A stretch of DNA of 54,555 nt, the filler included, from Sphacelaria rigidula (Eukaryota): assembly GCA_964200075.2 (NCBI GenBank). It is 5 parts of 5 records of this genome, joined end to end, with 100 filler letters (N's around TTAATTAATTAA, not from the genome) between each part and the next. Parts side by side here need not be neighbours in the genome. Positions count along the whole stretch, not along the records: positions 1 to 10,832 come from CAXNAA020005835.1; positions 10,933 to 21,763 come from CAXNAA020005836.1; 3 more parts are not named here. One strand, written 5' to 3'. Shown piece by piece: positions 1 through 11,338 of the stretch. Within the stretch, counting starts at the first letter, position 1, and each line of letters opens with the position of its first letter. The position numbers and the translations under genes were made by a program. The notes below the pieces were generated by a model. It had not been told where the DNA came from, did no database searches, and was given only the letters and a program-made list of their open reading frames with translations.

Positions 1-48
1 ATAGTCGCTCTCCACTGTTGGGCATGGTGTGAGAAAAGATTCCAGATC
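1..48 (-). mobile_element. Fragment of the tRNA-derived SINE family
   Basis: ctctccactgttgggcatggtgtgagaaaagattccagatcg matches the reverse complement of about 5532-5580 in the SINE copy at 5461. Confidence 0.65.
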
Positions 49-337
49 GCTCCGGGAATCAAATCCCCCTACTTTACCTTGGTAAAGGTGGGTATTCCTG
101 GAGTCGTGCTGGCACACCGCGAACATGATTTGATGCTACAGTGCCGGTCACGCTGTTTGACCTCTGTTTTTGTAATATACAAAGATAAGTTGTCTGCAGT
201 ACTGCTGTTGTTGGACCGCACCGTCCTGTACTATACTGTACTGCTTACTCGGCAGAAACAGCTGTACCGCACGCGTGCCGGCGTATGTCGGACAGGTCAT
301 GATCTACTTGAAATAGCTCATCTAAGACGACTCTCAG

Positions 338-2725
338 ATCCACTGTCTAAGAATACAAAATACGTGATAGTGAGGTCCGAGAAGTCAAAGCGCCAACTTT
401 GCGCTACTCCGCATGCTCGACGTCCAGCGCTGCAGGGAGCAAATACGGGAACAGAGGCCAAATAAGCTAGCTCAATGATACGAATCAGTATACGAATAAC
501 AAGTAATATTGAGGTAGCTCAAGAGCTGTCCGACGTGTGCATGCCTGTACGGACACAAGACAGACAGCACAGCACACAGCACACTTTGCATTTTATTTTC
601 CATCGTCGGTTGGCCGCAACATCCACACACAAGCAATCTGTGCGTCATCGGAATACGATACACTGCAGACAGCAGTGTACGTTGCGGCTGTCTGAATTTT
701 TAGGCCTTTACAGTACAGTACAGCAATTTGCCGCTGCTCCACGACATAAGACGAGAGGTCAGCGGAGACTGCTCAAACAGCGAAAAACCCTCTCCGTTTT
801 TTCGGTGTCCGTTCATACTTGAGCGCTCGGCATTCCAAAACGGTGGAACATGGCTAGGCTGCAAGGTAGGCGATCTACAGGGGAGTATAATCCGACCAAG
901 TCGACCGATAAAAATGATCACGATTGTGTTTTGTAGAATATACCCGGAATAAGAGGAACTTTGGTTGGCATACCGCACCATACCGGAATGTGCACCGAAC
1001 ACTCCGGTACGCTTCGGAAGGGTATTTGTATGCACCGATAAAATACCCCCCACACACACTATACTCGTGTAAATAGCATACTTTGAGCTCGCATACCGTA
1101 CAGAACACACCCTTAAAAATTACTCGGCAAAAATGGTCACTCTCCTCCCCTCGGGCTCCCCACTTTCGTTTTTCCTGGCAACACGTGCGCTTGATCTGGG
1201 GAGCTTTCGCCGATGACCCCCGGAACCCTCATAACACCGTAAACCCCTCCGCTGCGATACCTGAACTGTTCGCGGACGATATTTCACCGAGGCGGGAATC
1301 ATAGTCTGGGAGTTACTCGTTTCACCCCCCAGGGTATGCATATGTCGAATGTGTCATCATCTTTACTTGAAAAATGGCGAATAGGCTCAGGTGTCCATCT
1401 GCGGTTGCTCAAAGCCTTAGCTGACGTCCACATAGTACAATACTTGTGGCATCTGCGGCACAGGGCCGTCACCCCACTGGGTCGCCAGTCCCTGCCTCTA
1501 CAGACATACTTAGCCCTATGCGGTGTCGTACCCCTTCACGTATCACCATCACCTACCATACCGTACCGTGCTATGTGCCCGTGGACTGTTGTTCATGTAC
1601 AGCACTTAATGTTGCCGTCATCTACGGTATGTGGGGAGGTATCTAGTGGAAACTGCAGTCATCCTTCACTCAGGTTTACACCAGCATATGGTCATTCTCT
1701 GGTGGTTGTTTTGGTCACATTACCTACAGTCAGTCTTTCGCCAACGAGAAAACCGGAACAAACTCTGATCTCCTTTCTTGCGCCACAGTCGGCGACATGG
1801 GCTCATTGACTGTGCTTTACATGGCATGTGGCCGAAGTTTCAGCGCCTCGAAGCGCCGACAGCGCGCCTACGGCCATGCCCCTCGAACTGAGCGCCTCTG
1901 GAGGATATAAATATAATACTTTGTACAGATGGTCATCATCCACAGGGGTTCCCAGTACAGATCGATGCCGTTTGCCAGGGCAGCAACCGCGCAGCTGCCC
2001 ATGATGTGGAACTCAGTGCATCAGCGTGTCCACATATGCATTCACTGACGGTGCACCAAGTTTGGGCTAAAGGGAAAGCCGTCTTGAGGACGGCATTGCC
2101 CAAAATCCCTAATCGCTATGCTCGTTCTTGAGCACGGCCCGAACTTGCCCCCGATTGGTGAACATCCTGGCTGTTTTGTGCCCGATCAGTGCGTCAAGTC
2201 TCACAGCGGTTGGTCCAGCCACGGTGAAGAAATCCGCACGCAAAATTGCTGCTGAAAAGTGCTATGATTTTTGCACACGTCGGACAGCTCATGAGCTACC
2301 CACACCAAAATAAGTAATCGAAGGGGGACTCTCCGATCCCTTATTCAAATACACGAATTACGTGAAAGCAGGGGTCTGAGAAGCCAAAGCGCTACCTTCA
2401 CGCTAATCCCCGTGCTTCGTGTCCAGCGCTGTAGGAAGCAAATATGGAAAAAGCGGCCACATGAGCTAGCTCGTGATCCGTATCAGTACACTACTAAGAA
2501 GTAATATTCAGGTGACTACCTCGTGAGCGGTCCAACGTTTTGTTTTTTGTATGCGGGCCTTGTGCGGGCATCTATACCTATGTAAGCTTTTTTGTTTTGT
2601 GGCGTTGAGACTGCGGTATCTCGGGAGGTATAGAAGGGAATATGTTATACTACGTAGCAGTCATCTGTCACTTACGTTCACATGAGCATACGGTCATTCT
2701 CTGGCCAGTGTTTAGCTTACATTAC
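338..2725 (+). repeat. Two diverged copies of a bipartite repeat (338-536 plus 1622-1725 versus 2336-2538 plus 2611-2725)
   Basis: Shared blocks such as gtccagcgctg-agg-agcaaata, agctagctc, aagtaatatt and agcata-ggtcattctctgg; the first copy has about 1 kb more sequence between its two halves. Confidence 0.7.
2000..2310 (+). mobile_element. Decayed LINE ORF2 C-terminal remnant related to subfamily B
   Basis: gatgtgg...agtgcatca..gtgtccacatatgcat...acggt matches the reverse complement of 44040-44095. Confidence 0.4.
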
Positions 2726-2784
2726 ATCATCGTGAACCCCATGTCTTGGGCCACGTAAGCATTGATAGGTATAAACCTGTATTG

Positions 2785-2935
2785 ATTGATTAAGTATCGC
2801 ACTTCAACTGTTCCCCCCCAGAGATCCAGCCGTGATCACATGCTAGACGTACCCGAGACGAAAAAAAAACAAAAACTGAAACACTTGCTGAAGAAGAAAA
2901 AAGCGAAGAAAAAACAAGAAAAGGTAGAACAAACA
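2785..2935 (-). repeat. Retroelement-like 3' tail family C
   Basis: Pyrimidine-rich tract, core gtacgtcta..tgatcacggctggatc and (caat)n tail; homologous to 5180-5445 and 22500-22700. Confidence 0.55.
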
Positions 2936-3099
2936 TACAAGCATGCTTGTTCGTGACAGCTTTTTACTGTAGATCTATAAAAGACATCGGGACACCCAAG
3001 TCACGTCTTGTAACTGTTGGTAACATGGGGAACAAAAATGTATCGACAACATCGTCAACACTCCGAGTAAATCATTGAGCGTATCAGCGGCACCGTTTT

Positions 3100-3560
3100 C
3101 CGAGACCTCTGACCAGTGACACATCCTTGCTAACGAGCTAAGCCAGCCAAGAAACCCTTACACCTTCGGCACAGGTATGTCTGGACTCTCCCTACTCGGG
3201 TTCTGCGCATCCCTCTGCTCTCCTGGAGAGTAAACAAAAGATGTCCGAACCCATATCTTCCTGCGTACACGAGTATTTGTCAAATTCGGTTCTTTATTCA
3301 TGTATCAAGCACGTGATGGTTAACATGTTTAGGAGCCGTGCAGCAAGTATCACGAGGGGTCTCATCGAGGATGAGCATGCCAGGCATGTACAACGCTTTG
3401 GAACCTTGCTGTCGATGTCGTGCTTTGTCGCTGACCCCTCGGGATGAACTCGGAGAATGTTTTGCCAGTTCCTCGCACAATAACCTTTCGAGTTTCCGAA
3501 GTCAGCCCGATTTACGTATTTCGCTGTGAATTGCAGACCTACCTGCTGATGGTACGCTCT
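3100..3560 (-). pseudogene. Possible decayed LINE ORF1 (PHD remnant)
   Basis: Minus-strand peptides LCEELAKH and TYLCRRCKG resemble GESLAKL and EYLCRRCSK in the ORF1 at 41.2-41.8 kb; many stops. Confidence 0.3.
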
Positions 3561-3634
3561 GCCACTGAAAAATCAACAGAAACGTACCACATGAAGATCT
3601 AACCCAAACGACGGAACCAGATTCTGCAAAAACA

Positions 3635-3825
3635 AAAATGAAATATATCTCGGGATTCGAACTCGTGACATTACATACACCCTCATGGATGTCTCCTACG
3701 TGTACCAGTTAGACAACCAGGTGCACCGTGTCAAACAAGAAAAGGAATGCCCTGTCCAACTAGGAGTTTTGAGCCGAAAACTTACAAGAAATCTCTCCAC
3801 ACGAGTTGCAAATTCTTCACGGGAG
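3635..3825 (-). repeat. Dispersed repeat with Pol III A/B-box-like motifs
   Basis: Reverse complement reads gtaagttttcg...tgacacggtgcacctggttgtctaactgg...gtcacgagttcgaatccc followed by T-rich sequence; homologous to 24655-24826. Confidence 0.55.
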
Positions 3826-4196
3826 GCGAGCAGATTTTTCTTCTCTTGATATTTTTCATCGAGTTATGGCCTACTCTTTTCAAAGGGAATTTCAAACCAC
3901 TCTGGAGACAGTACAGTGCTCTTGTTTTTTTTCTTGGCTGCTTTTGCTACTGTCTCGTGCGTCAAGATGTTGAGCTCCTAACGTCTAAGATTAACCCTTA
4001 GACGGCTAGAGTAGGTCATCTGTTGATTCGGCATCAGCTTCATTTGAAAAATGAACTACCCTCGCGGCCGAAGGGTCAAGAAGGAAACAACTGTTCAAAC
4101 CTCCAATGGTAGCTTTTGGCTGGCCCAGCTCATAGCAAGAACCAGGGTCTCCTAGGAAGTGAGTGCACTGTTGAGTCATCCCCCGAGACTACATAT

Positions 4197-4380
4197 GGCG
4201 ATACCAGACAATAAGGCAACTCATCGTAGGCTGTTATCCTAATGTGAGATAATCAGCACCCTTTGGGCCTAACAATCTTCGCAGGATGCAGCTCACCCTT
4301 CATGCGACTCGCCGAACACATCATGGCGCTTTGCGCTTGGTGATTGAGTCCGAGCCTGGTCCGGCAAAACCTCGGCGTGG
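4197..4380 (+). mobile_element. LINE subfamily B 3'-region fragment
   Basis: Aligns with 8513-8695 and 29957-30110 (gcaactcat, aacaatct, ggatgcagctcaccc, cgccgaacaca, gcgcttggtga). Confidence 0.75.
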
Positions 4381-4818
4381 ACGAAACGGTAGACATCATG
4401 CCGTCCCCAGGGACATTGTCCTTCGTATGCTACTGGCCAAAGTCAGAAACACCATTCCTGAGCATCCTTGAGAACGGGATCAAACAATTTTATATTCCGA
4501 GTGTTAAGGTGAAGGGCTGCCAATAACAAACACGGTGGGGTGTAGGTGTTCTATGTGATGACTTTTGGGTCACCGACAGGCATCGTCGTTCGTACGATAG
4601 AGGTCAAAACGGTAAATAACAGTCTCCCCTAAGCCACTTCGGGCAGGGGGCGAGATCATGCCATTAATCGTTTCATTACCGGTGTCGGAGGGACATAATG
4701 CCATCATAAATCAGTAGAGAACAGCATACCAGTTGTAGCGATACCTTTCCCATTTCTAGGACCAGCGTTCTTCGTACGCTAATGGCCAAAACGTTAGATG
4801 AATCCCCAGAGTGTGCTT

Positions 4819-4890
4819 GGGGGGATACTCATTTATTGCTTGCCTTCGTCGTTTGACCGTTGACCACGCATCCCGTTCGAGACGGAGCAC
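4819..4890 (-). mobile_element. Severely 5'-truncated LINE subfamily A 3' end with C-tail
   Basis: Near identical to 37840-37915; flanked by an imperfect duplication cag..gtgct-G-run. Confidence 0.8.
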
Positions 4891-5179
4891 CGCAGCGTGC
4901 TGGCGGGGAGGGGGGGGGGGGCATTCTATTTCCTGTGTAGGAGGAGATGGACTCATAATTCTTCAGGGCAGGACGTGCGCGTTTTCATGATGCATTCGAG
5001 AGGCTGCTGCGTTGAGGGCTGCCCGGCGAAATTCCCTGTCTGCTCATATTGATTGTTGATTATGTCCTTAGTCGATGGCTCTGCGGTGCCCACTGGCGTG
5101 TATCTCTATCTACTCTGCTGCCCTGAATCCCTTGGCCTTTTCCCTTTTTTTCCATTATATAATTTAATTCTATTTTAAT

Positions 5180-5445
5180 TGCTCTTGTCTTTCCTCTTCG
5201 TTTCCTTTCTTTTTTGTTTTAGGTCGGCCATTTCTTTCTGTGGTTTGCTCTTGTCGACTTTTTTCATATTACTATTATTTTGTTCACGTCCTAGTCTACT
5301 TTGAACTTCTCTTCGAGTTTTTTTCTGTTCCTTCTCTTCTTCAGTGAATGTTTCAGTTTTGCTTTTCTTGCGTACGTCTATCTTGCGACCACGGCTGGAC
5401 CCCTGAGGGGTCAGTGAAAGTGCGGCAACAAATAAAAAACCAATA
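5180..5445 (+). repeat. Retroelement-like 3' tail family C
   Basis: Core gaccacggctggac..ctgagggg-tcagt..gcggcaacaa; homologous to 22500-22700. Confidence 0.55.
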
Positions 5446-5460
5446 GAAAAAATCCCCCCC

Positions 5461-5820
5461 CCCGGTGATTCAGTTGGTAACCTCCAAACCTTCTGATGGT
5501 CGGGCCACGGGTTCGAATCTTGGTGAAGCCACACGATCTGGAACCATTTCTCACATCATAGCAAACAGTGGAGAGAGACCATGTCGTGGGTATACATAAT
5601 TCGACCTCACGGTCGACGAGGAAAAGGGATCGCAGAACCCTTCTGGCGATAAAAATATAGGCAAGCACCGCAGAAGCGGGGTGGAATGCTGAAACAAAAA
5701 CAAGAACAAATTTGTGTTGATCTTGCTGCTGTGTGACCCCGGCTGATGCGCCCACGTATACCGAAAGGTGCAAACTGGCATGCACACTAGATGGGATGAC
5801 ACAGCGCGCAACACACATTG
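5461..5820 (+). mobile_element. tRNA-derived SINE
   Basis: Head ccggtgattcagttggta (A box) and gggttcgaatc (B box); about 360-bp body ending in a (ca)n-like tail; second copy on the minus strand at 36941-37265. Confidence 0.8.
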
Positions 5821-7422
5821 CCGATATATCGGGACTCCTGGCTGTATTTGCAGAGCCCCCTCCTGCTGCACACGCGCGCAAATCAAGCAAAGATACCAAC
5901 ACCGATAATTGCCGCCACTCACCACTTGCTCATTATACATCATCCCATGCACGGATGGAGAGTTGTGTAAACCCTCAGACGTGGAACTGATAGTTCCCGA
6001 TGGGCTTGAGTGAGGACATAAGTGTCGCGGTGCACGTGGTGGCCGCCGTCATGGCATTTGTGGCGGGGTGGAGGACGCTGACGATGACAATGAGAATCAC
6101 CACATCTGCCACTCGTACACCGACAAGCGCATCCTCTCGAATCCGGCTAAAGCGGAACTAGGGACAAGGCTTTCTTCAACCAGACGAGACAAAGAAGAAA
6201 AAAGCTGCTGTAGCCATGCCGCGGAAGCGGCTCATTTTGAGCAGGGACTTGACTTCGTCCATTTTTCGGATCAGAAGGTGACGTACGTTGAGATAGTGCG
6301 CCGATTCGAGTGCGGAACTATTGTGATAGGATCGATCAAGAGAGGTCGAGACAGAAGGAGGTCGGGGGCAACTAGCTCACGTAGTGCGTCATCCGGGAGC
6401 TCGCGGGCAGCGTATTTCTTCAAGTAGGAGTCCCTTTTCACATTTTTCTTTGCGTTGCTCCATGTTTTTAAATGTTTGCATTTCTTTTGTACGCCGACTA
6501 CTCTGTTATGTAGTGATTTCACGTGTGTGGGAGCCCTGCATGTTCCAACACTACTGCTGTAGCGTGCGGTACTATACTGTGGTGGTCATTTACTACAATA
6601 GATGCTGTGCTGGGTACTGTTTGGTACAGTACTGCTGTAGTACGATGTGTACAACACTTGTGAATCGGCCCCGCCGAGACGCACTGGTGAGTATTTCATG
6701 ACAGAACTCTACAGTAGTGCTCAAAGGTTTCGTGTACAGGTGCATTGCTGCTGTAGCAGTTCTATCCTACAGTATCCATCAACAATATCGGGGGGGGGCA
6801 CGGCGCCACCAACAGTACAGTAGTGTGTGTGTGTGTGAAGAACTACTCGATTTTCGCGACGCTTGTGGCGCTTTCATTATGAATAGCAGCATACATTCTC
6901 CATGTCACTAGATGACGCTATATCGGGAACCCTACTGTATTTAATTTTCCCGATGCTACCTCGGTATATTCAGGGCCATTGGCATCATAGGCCTACGATA
7001 GGGCAAACCACGAGATAACGACATAACCCCCTTTTTTGTGCGACTCCCCCCTGGACTGGTGGATATCACCCGTTAGGGATACAGCCGTTCCCCGTCCTCT
7101 GCTGAACTATGAATCAAATGTCATACATCAACATTTGGGGTCTTACGAGATCGTGCAATGTGTTAAATTCCCCCTCCCCCCTCCCCCAAAGTGGTCTATT
7201 TGATCGTGGATCTGCCCTTAGATGTTTTATCGAGTTCTGCTGATACCAGTGCTTGATTTTGGAGGGGTGATGGAAAACATGACACTACATCGGGCGTAAA
7301 ATTAATTGGAACAAAATCTCAGAACAGGAGGCAACACTGCATGAGTCATGGACTGGGAACCACGGAATACATAGTATGTCGCCACTGGGGGTGGTGGTTG
7401 CAAGTAGAGGGGATTTGCTCAG

Positions 7423-7912
7423 CTATAGCATCGGCCTTACACACTTTAAAGTGACCAGATGGAAATGTTCTGAAAGGAAGTATCGCGTCGACAGGGCTTC
7501 TAAAAGACCATCATTGTTACAACAGTACAGATACTTGAAATCAGTATCCAAACTATTGTTCCGAAAATGTGGCCAACAAGGGTCGAAGAAAACAGAATGC
7601 TGATGAGGACGGCTCACCGACTGCAGAGTGCAGTTCAGTACAGTTAATTTACGATGAACCACTACCTAACCAATAAGAAGCGCTGATTTGTACCATTCTG
7701 TACCTTTGTCGATGCCCCTTGGCCCTAGGCTTGGGCTTGGAAAACACGATGTCAACACTAGCATCCGAGGCTGCCGCGTTTCCTGCCATCGGCCTGGCGC
7801 CGCCAGGTGCCTGCCCGCTAACCCTGCCACCTGCTGCACCACCACCACGTCCTCCTCCTCGCCCCCTTCCCCCACCTCCACGTGGAGGTTCCGTTCTCTT
7901 TTTAGGCGGCAT
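7423..7912 (-). pseudogene. Gly/Arg-rich ORF starting MPPKK; first exon of an unknown gene or a decayed TE-encoded protein
   Basis: ATG start with coding-like sequence MPPKKRTEPPRGGGGRGRGGGRGG...DIVFSKPKPRAKG...SYW; possible frameshifted continuation at 7423-7660; family not recognised. Confidence 0.35.
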
Positions 7913-8203
7913 TGTAACTGGAGTGCTCTAGCTATTCCGCACCCTCTTCATGTGGTAAACCAGCGGCTGCAGATGCTGCACAAATATATCATTAGACTAT
8001 AGAATTGTCAGTTCCCGTTGATCATAAATAAGCGCGGCCCTTCCTCTAGGCCAGGCCCTCAATTGTGAGAGGAATTTTCATATTCGCATTATTTGTGCGT
8101 ATGATTTTACTCGAAGTAGCATGCACGTTGCTGTCTTACACAGTTTCTAGCAGCCGCACTGCACCGCACACTTTCTACGATATCCCCCCCCCCTGAAAAA
8201 AGT

Positions 8204-8850
8204 GCCTGGTTCGGCGAGAACCCGGCGTGCTCCGTCTCGGCTTTGTAGGGGCGGATCCCCGATGGGGTTGGCGTCGGTTGGCGATGACGCCATGAAACAC
8301 GCCACTCACTGCGTAAGCTAGGCAACCAGGTCACCCATCTGTTTGCGCGCGTGCGTTTTTTTGCGGTAACCATGATGGTAGTCGCGCTAGATCATGTTGT
8401 GCGGCGTTGAAGAACCTCAACTCCGTACCATGGGGATGATCGTACCACGTAGTGTTTGAATGGTGAGACACCCATGAGGCAGTGTATATAAGCCGTAGCT
8501 GTCTCTGGAAGTGGCGATACCACACAATAAAGCAACTCATTGGAGGCCGTCATCCAAATGCAAGATAATCAGGAGGCTTCGGGCCGAACAATCTTAGGAG
8601 GATGCAGCTCACCCTCCATGCGACTTGCCGAACACACCACGGCGCTTCGCGCTTGGTGATTGAGTGCGAGCCTAGTCCGGCGAAAACCCGGCGTGCTCCG
8701 TCCCGGCATTGTAGGGATGCGAGGTCAGTGGCTAGTGGTCTGATGACTATGGCATGCATGATCATGAATACACCGTCCAAGAGTGCACCCCTCACCTCTA
8801 GACTCTTGGGTTGGCGTCGAGTGGCAACGGCGCTGTAAAACAAGCCACCA
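8204..8850 (+). mobile_element. LINE subfamily B 3' region (8460-8778) plus a partial upstream duplicate (8204-8305)
   Basis: Ends gctccgtcccggcattgtagggatgcgaggtcagtgg...catgatcatgaatacacc; 8460-8545 matches the reverse complement of 43726-43810. Confidence 0.75.
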
Positions 8851-9039
8851 CAACCTAGACATGAACTGTACTGTCACAGTTCGAAGACGGGGGACCGTCA
8901 CTGGACAAAGAAGGTCCCGGACCGAGAGACACAACAGACATGCGAAAACTTGAGTAACCCGATTTGTTTCCCCCCAGAAACACACCAAATGGATGGATAA
9001 AGAAGTAATTTGCCATTTTTTTCTTCTTCCGAAACCGTA

Positions 9040-10345
9040 TCACAGCCCGGACATGGATATGAAAATAAAGAGGCTGATCCTCCTTTTCATTTCACCTAGC
9101 ATAACACAGCCCGGACACGGACATGAAAAATAGAGAAGCTAATCCTCCTTTTTATTTAAGCTACCGTAACGCAGCCCAGACATAAATATGAAAGAAAGAG
9201 GCTGATCCTTCTTTTTATTTAACCTACCATCATAAGACACCCCGGACATAGACATGCTATTACAGATTAAGAAGCTAACCCTCCTAACTATTTAACCTAC
9301 TGCATAACACAGCCCCGATATGGACACGAACTGAGGAAGCTAATCCTCCTTTTTTAATTAGCATTACCATTGCACAGCCTGGACATAGACATAAAATAAG
9401 GAAGCTAACATTCCTTTTTCTTCAACCTACCACAACACAGCCTGGGCATACATGGACATGAAATGAGGAAGCTAACCCTCAATTTTTATTTAACATGCCA
9501 TAACACAGCCCGGACATAGACACGGAGCAGAGAAGCGAACCCCCCTTTCTATTTGACCTACCATAATACAGCCCGGGCATAGATATGAAATAGAGAGCTT
9601 ATCCTCCTTTCTATTCGACCTACCATAACACAGCCCGGACGTAGACATTAAACAAAGAAACGCACCCCCCTTTTATCTTTATCCTACCATAATGCAGCCC
9701 GGACATGGGCATGAAATAGAGTAGCTAACCCTCCGTTTTTGTTTAAGCTACCGTAACACAGTCCGGATGTAGACACGAGATGGAGAAGCTAACCCTACTT
9801 TTTTATTTAATCTACCATAACACAGCCCAGATATAGACACGAAATAGAGAAGCTCACCCTCCTTTTCATTTGACCTGCCATAGAGTAATACCAGTCCAGA
9901 CATCGACATGGAAAAGAGAAGTTAACCCTTCTGTTTGTTTAACACACCACAAGACAGCCCAGACATGGAGATGGAACAGGGAAGATAACCATCCTTTTTT
10001 ATTTCACCTACCATAACGCAGCCCGGACATAAACATGGAGTAGAGAAGGTCACCCTCCTTTTTCTTACCATAACACAGCCCGGGCATAGACATGAAATAG
10101 AGAAGCTGCCCCCCCCCTTATTTAACCTACCGTAACACAGCCCGGACATAGACATGAAATAGAGAAGCTAACCCTCCTTTCTTCAACTTACCATAATACA
10201 GCCCGGATATAGACATGAGGTAGAGAAGCTAACCCTCCTTTTCGTCAACTAATCATAACACAACCCGGACGTAGACATCAAATAAATGAGGAAGCTGACC
10301 CTCCTTTTTATTTAACCTACTATAACACAGCCCGAGCATGAACGT
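9040..10345 (+). repeat. Tandem array of about 21 monomers of about 63 bp at a LINE 5' end
   Basis: Consensus cctaccataacacagcccggacatagacatgaaatagagaagctaaccctcctttttatttaa; 21 units counted by eye. Confidence 0.95.
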
Positions 10346-10832
10346 GGAATAGCGAAAAAATAACGCATTTACTTCCCCATATCACGTCCGAAAACGACCG
10401 AGATTCTCCCCCATTAAAAGCAAACGTAAAACAAGAATAAAAGCCAAAACCTAGACATATAAGTATTGGCGTGAAGGTTGACCACCTTACATGCAAATCG
10501 AAAGTAAAGAAGATATAACCAGTACGGATAGAGTAGGGTCATCACCCCCTCCATGTCAAATTCACATGGAGGTTGGGACCTCGTGGTGAGGTACCCGTAA
10601 AATCTTGCCGGTTTTCATTGGTCGGGGGAAATCTGGTCGGAATATTTCCTGAAATTTCCGACATTAGGTGCGAACGGCGTCTAATGAAGGCGAGGGGTGG
10701 AAAATACATGGCATAAACGTCAAGACCTACTGCACTCATGAAAGAAACACCTTACCGATGACCGACCACATGACCTGAGAGAAGGAGCACCAAGCGGTAC
10801 GTAGATCTCTTGAGAGTGTAAAGGATAGAAGC
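9040..10832 (+). mobile_element. 5' part of a LINE (array, 5' UTR and start of ORF1), cut by the contig end
   Basis: Collinear with the reverse complement of 41660-43450; translates INVKTYCTHERNTLPMTDHMT*EKEHQAVRR versus INVKTYSTHETNTLPMTYHMTYEKEHQAARR. Confidence 0.85.
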
Positions 10833-10932
10833 NNNNNNNNNNNNNNNNNNNNNNNNNNNNNNNNNNNNNNNNNNNNTTAATTAATTAANNNNNNNNNNNN
10901 NNNNNNNNNNNNNNNNNNNNNNNNNNNNNNNN
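10833..10932. other. Artificial contig-joining spacer (44N-TTAATTAATTAA-44N)
   Basis: 100-bp spacer with a six-frame stop linker; identical spacers at 21764-21863, 32695-32794 and 43626-43725. Confidence 0.98.
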
Positions 10933-10990
10933 AATGCTCACACGCCCAACGCAAACAACAAATGCGTACCCCCCCCCCCCCCCCCCCCCC
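10933..10990 (+). mobile_element. LINE 3' terminus (subfamily A-related) with poly(C) tail
   Basis: aatgctcacacgcccaacgcaaacaacaaatgcgtac plus C-run, versus aatggtcaaacgactaaggcaagcaacaaatgagtacg plus C-run. Confidence 0.65.
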
Positions 10991-11000
10991 TCCCAACTTC

Positions 11001-11104
11001 GGGCCTGGTCCAGCGAAAACCTGGCGTGCTCTGTCCCGGCTTTGTAGGGATGCGAGGTCAATGGCCATATGCCCACAGCATGCAAGATCATGAGTACATC
11101 CCCC
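11001..11104 (+). mobile_element. 5'-truncated LINE subfamily B insertion with target-site duplication
   Basis: About 100-bp 3' end flanked by cccaacttcgggc (10992-11004) and cccaacttcaggc (11102-11114). Confidence 0.8.
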
Positions 11105-11221
11105 AACTTCAGGCGGTCGCTCTCCTACGCCGCTGTCCCATGTAAAACAAACACACGTGATTCTGAAGTCACGTGAAACAAAACATCCGACATATACTCT
11201 GAAAAGATAAGTCGAAGATCC

Positions 11222-11338
11222 CTACTGGTCGCCCTCTTCTCTAACCGAACGACGCCTATCCGCCACGTTCCGCTGGGCTTGCAACTTTGCCCTCGCGGCG
11301 AAGTCTTTCACTAGCTCTTCCGCCAAATCTTCGGCTGC
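11222..11338 (-). CDS. Ala/Glu-rich helical orphan protein, terminal exon (AAEDLAEELVKDFAARAKLQAQRNVADRRRSVREEGDQ*)
   Basis: Pyrimidine-rich acceptor ...tactccacag|GCA, phase 0, ends in TAG; phase-compatible with the donor at 12026. Confidence 0.75.
   Translation of the reverse strand, partial: AAEDLAEELVKDFAARAKLQAQRNVADRRRSVREEGDQ

Noticed and set aside
5461-5530. Functional tRNA gene
   Set aside because: No proper acceptor or anticodon stems; it continues into a repeated SINE body.
9040-10345. CRISPR-like array (conserved block alternating with a variable block); also 42140-43450
   Set aside because: The variable halves are homologous to each other rather than unique spacers, the conserved halves are degenerate, there are no cas genes, and the context is a eukaryotic LINE.
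10877-10888. TTAATTAATTAA as a biological motif
   Set aside because: Synthetic six-frame stop linker.
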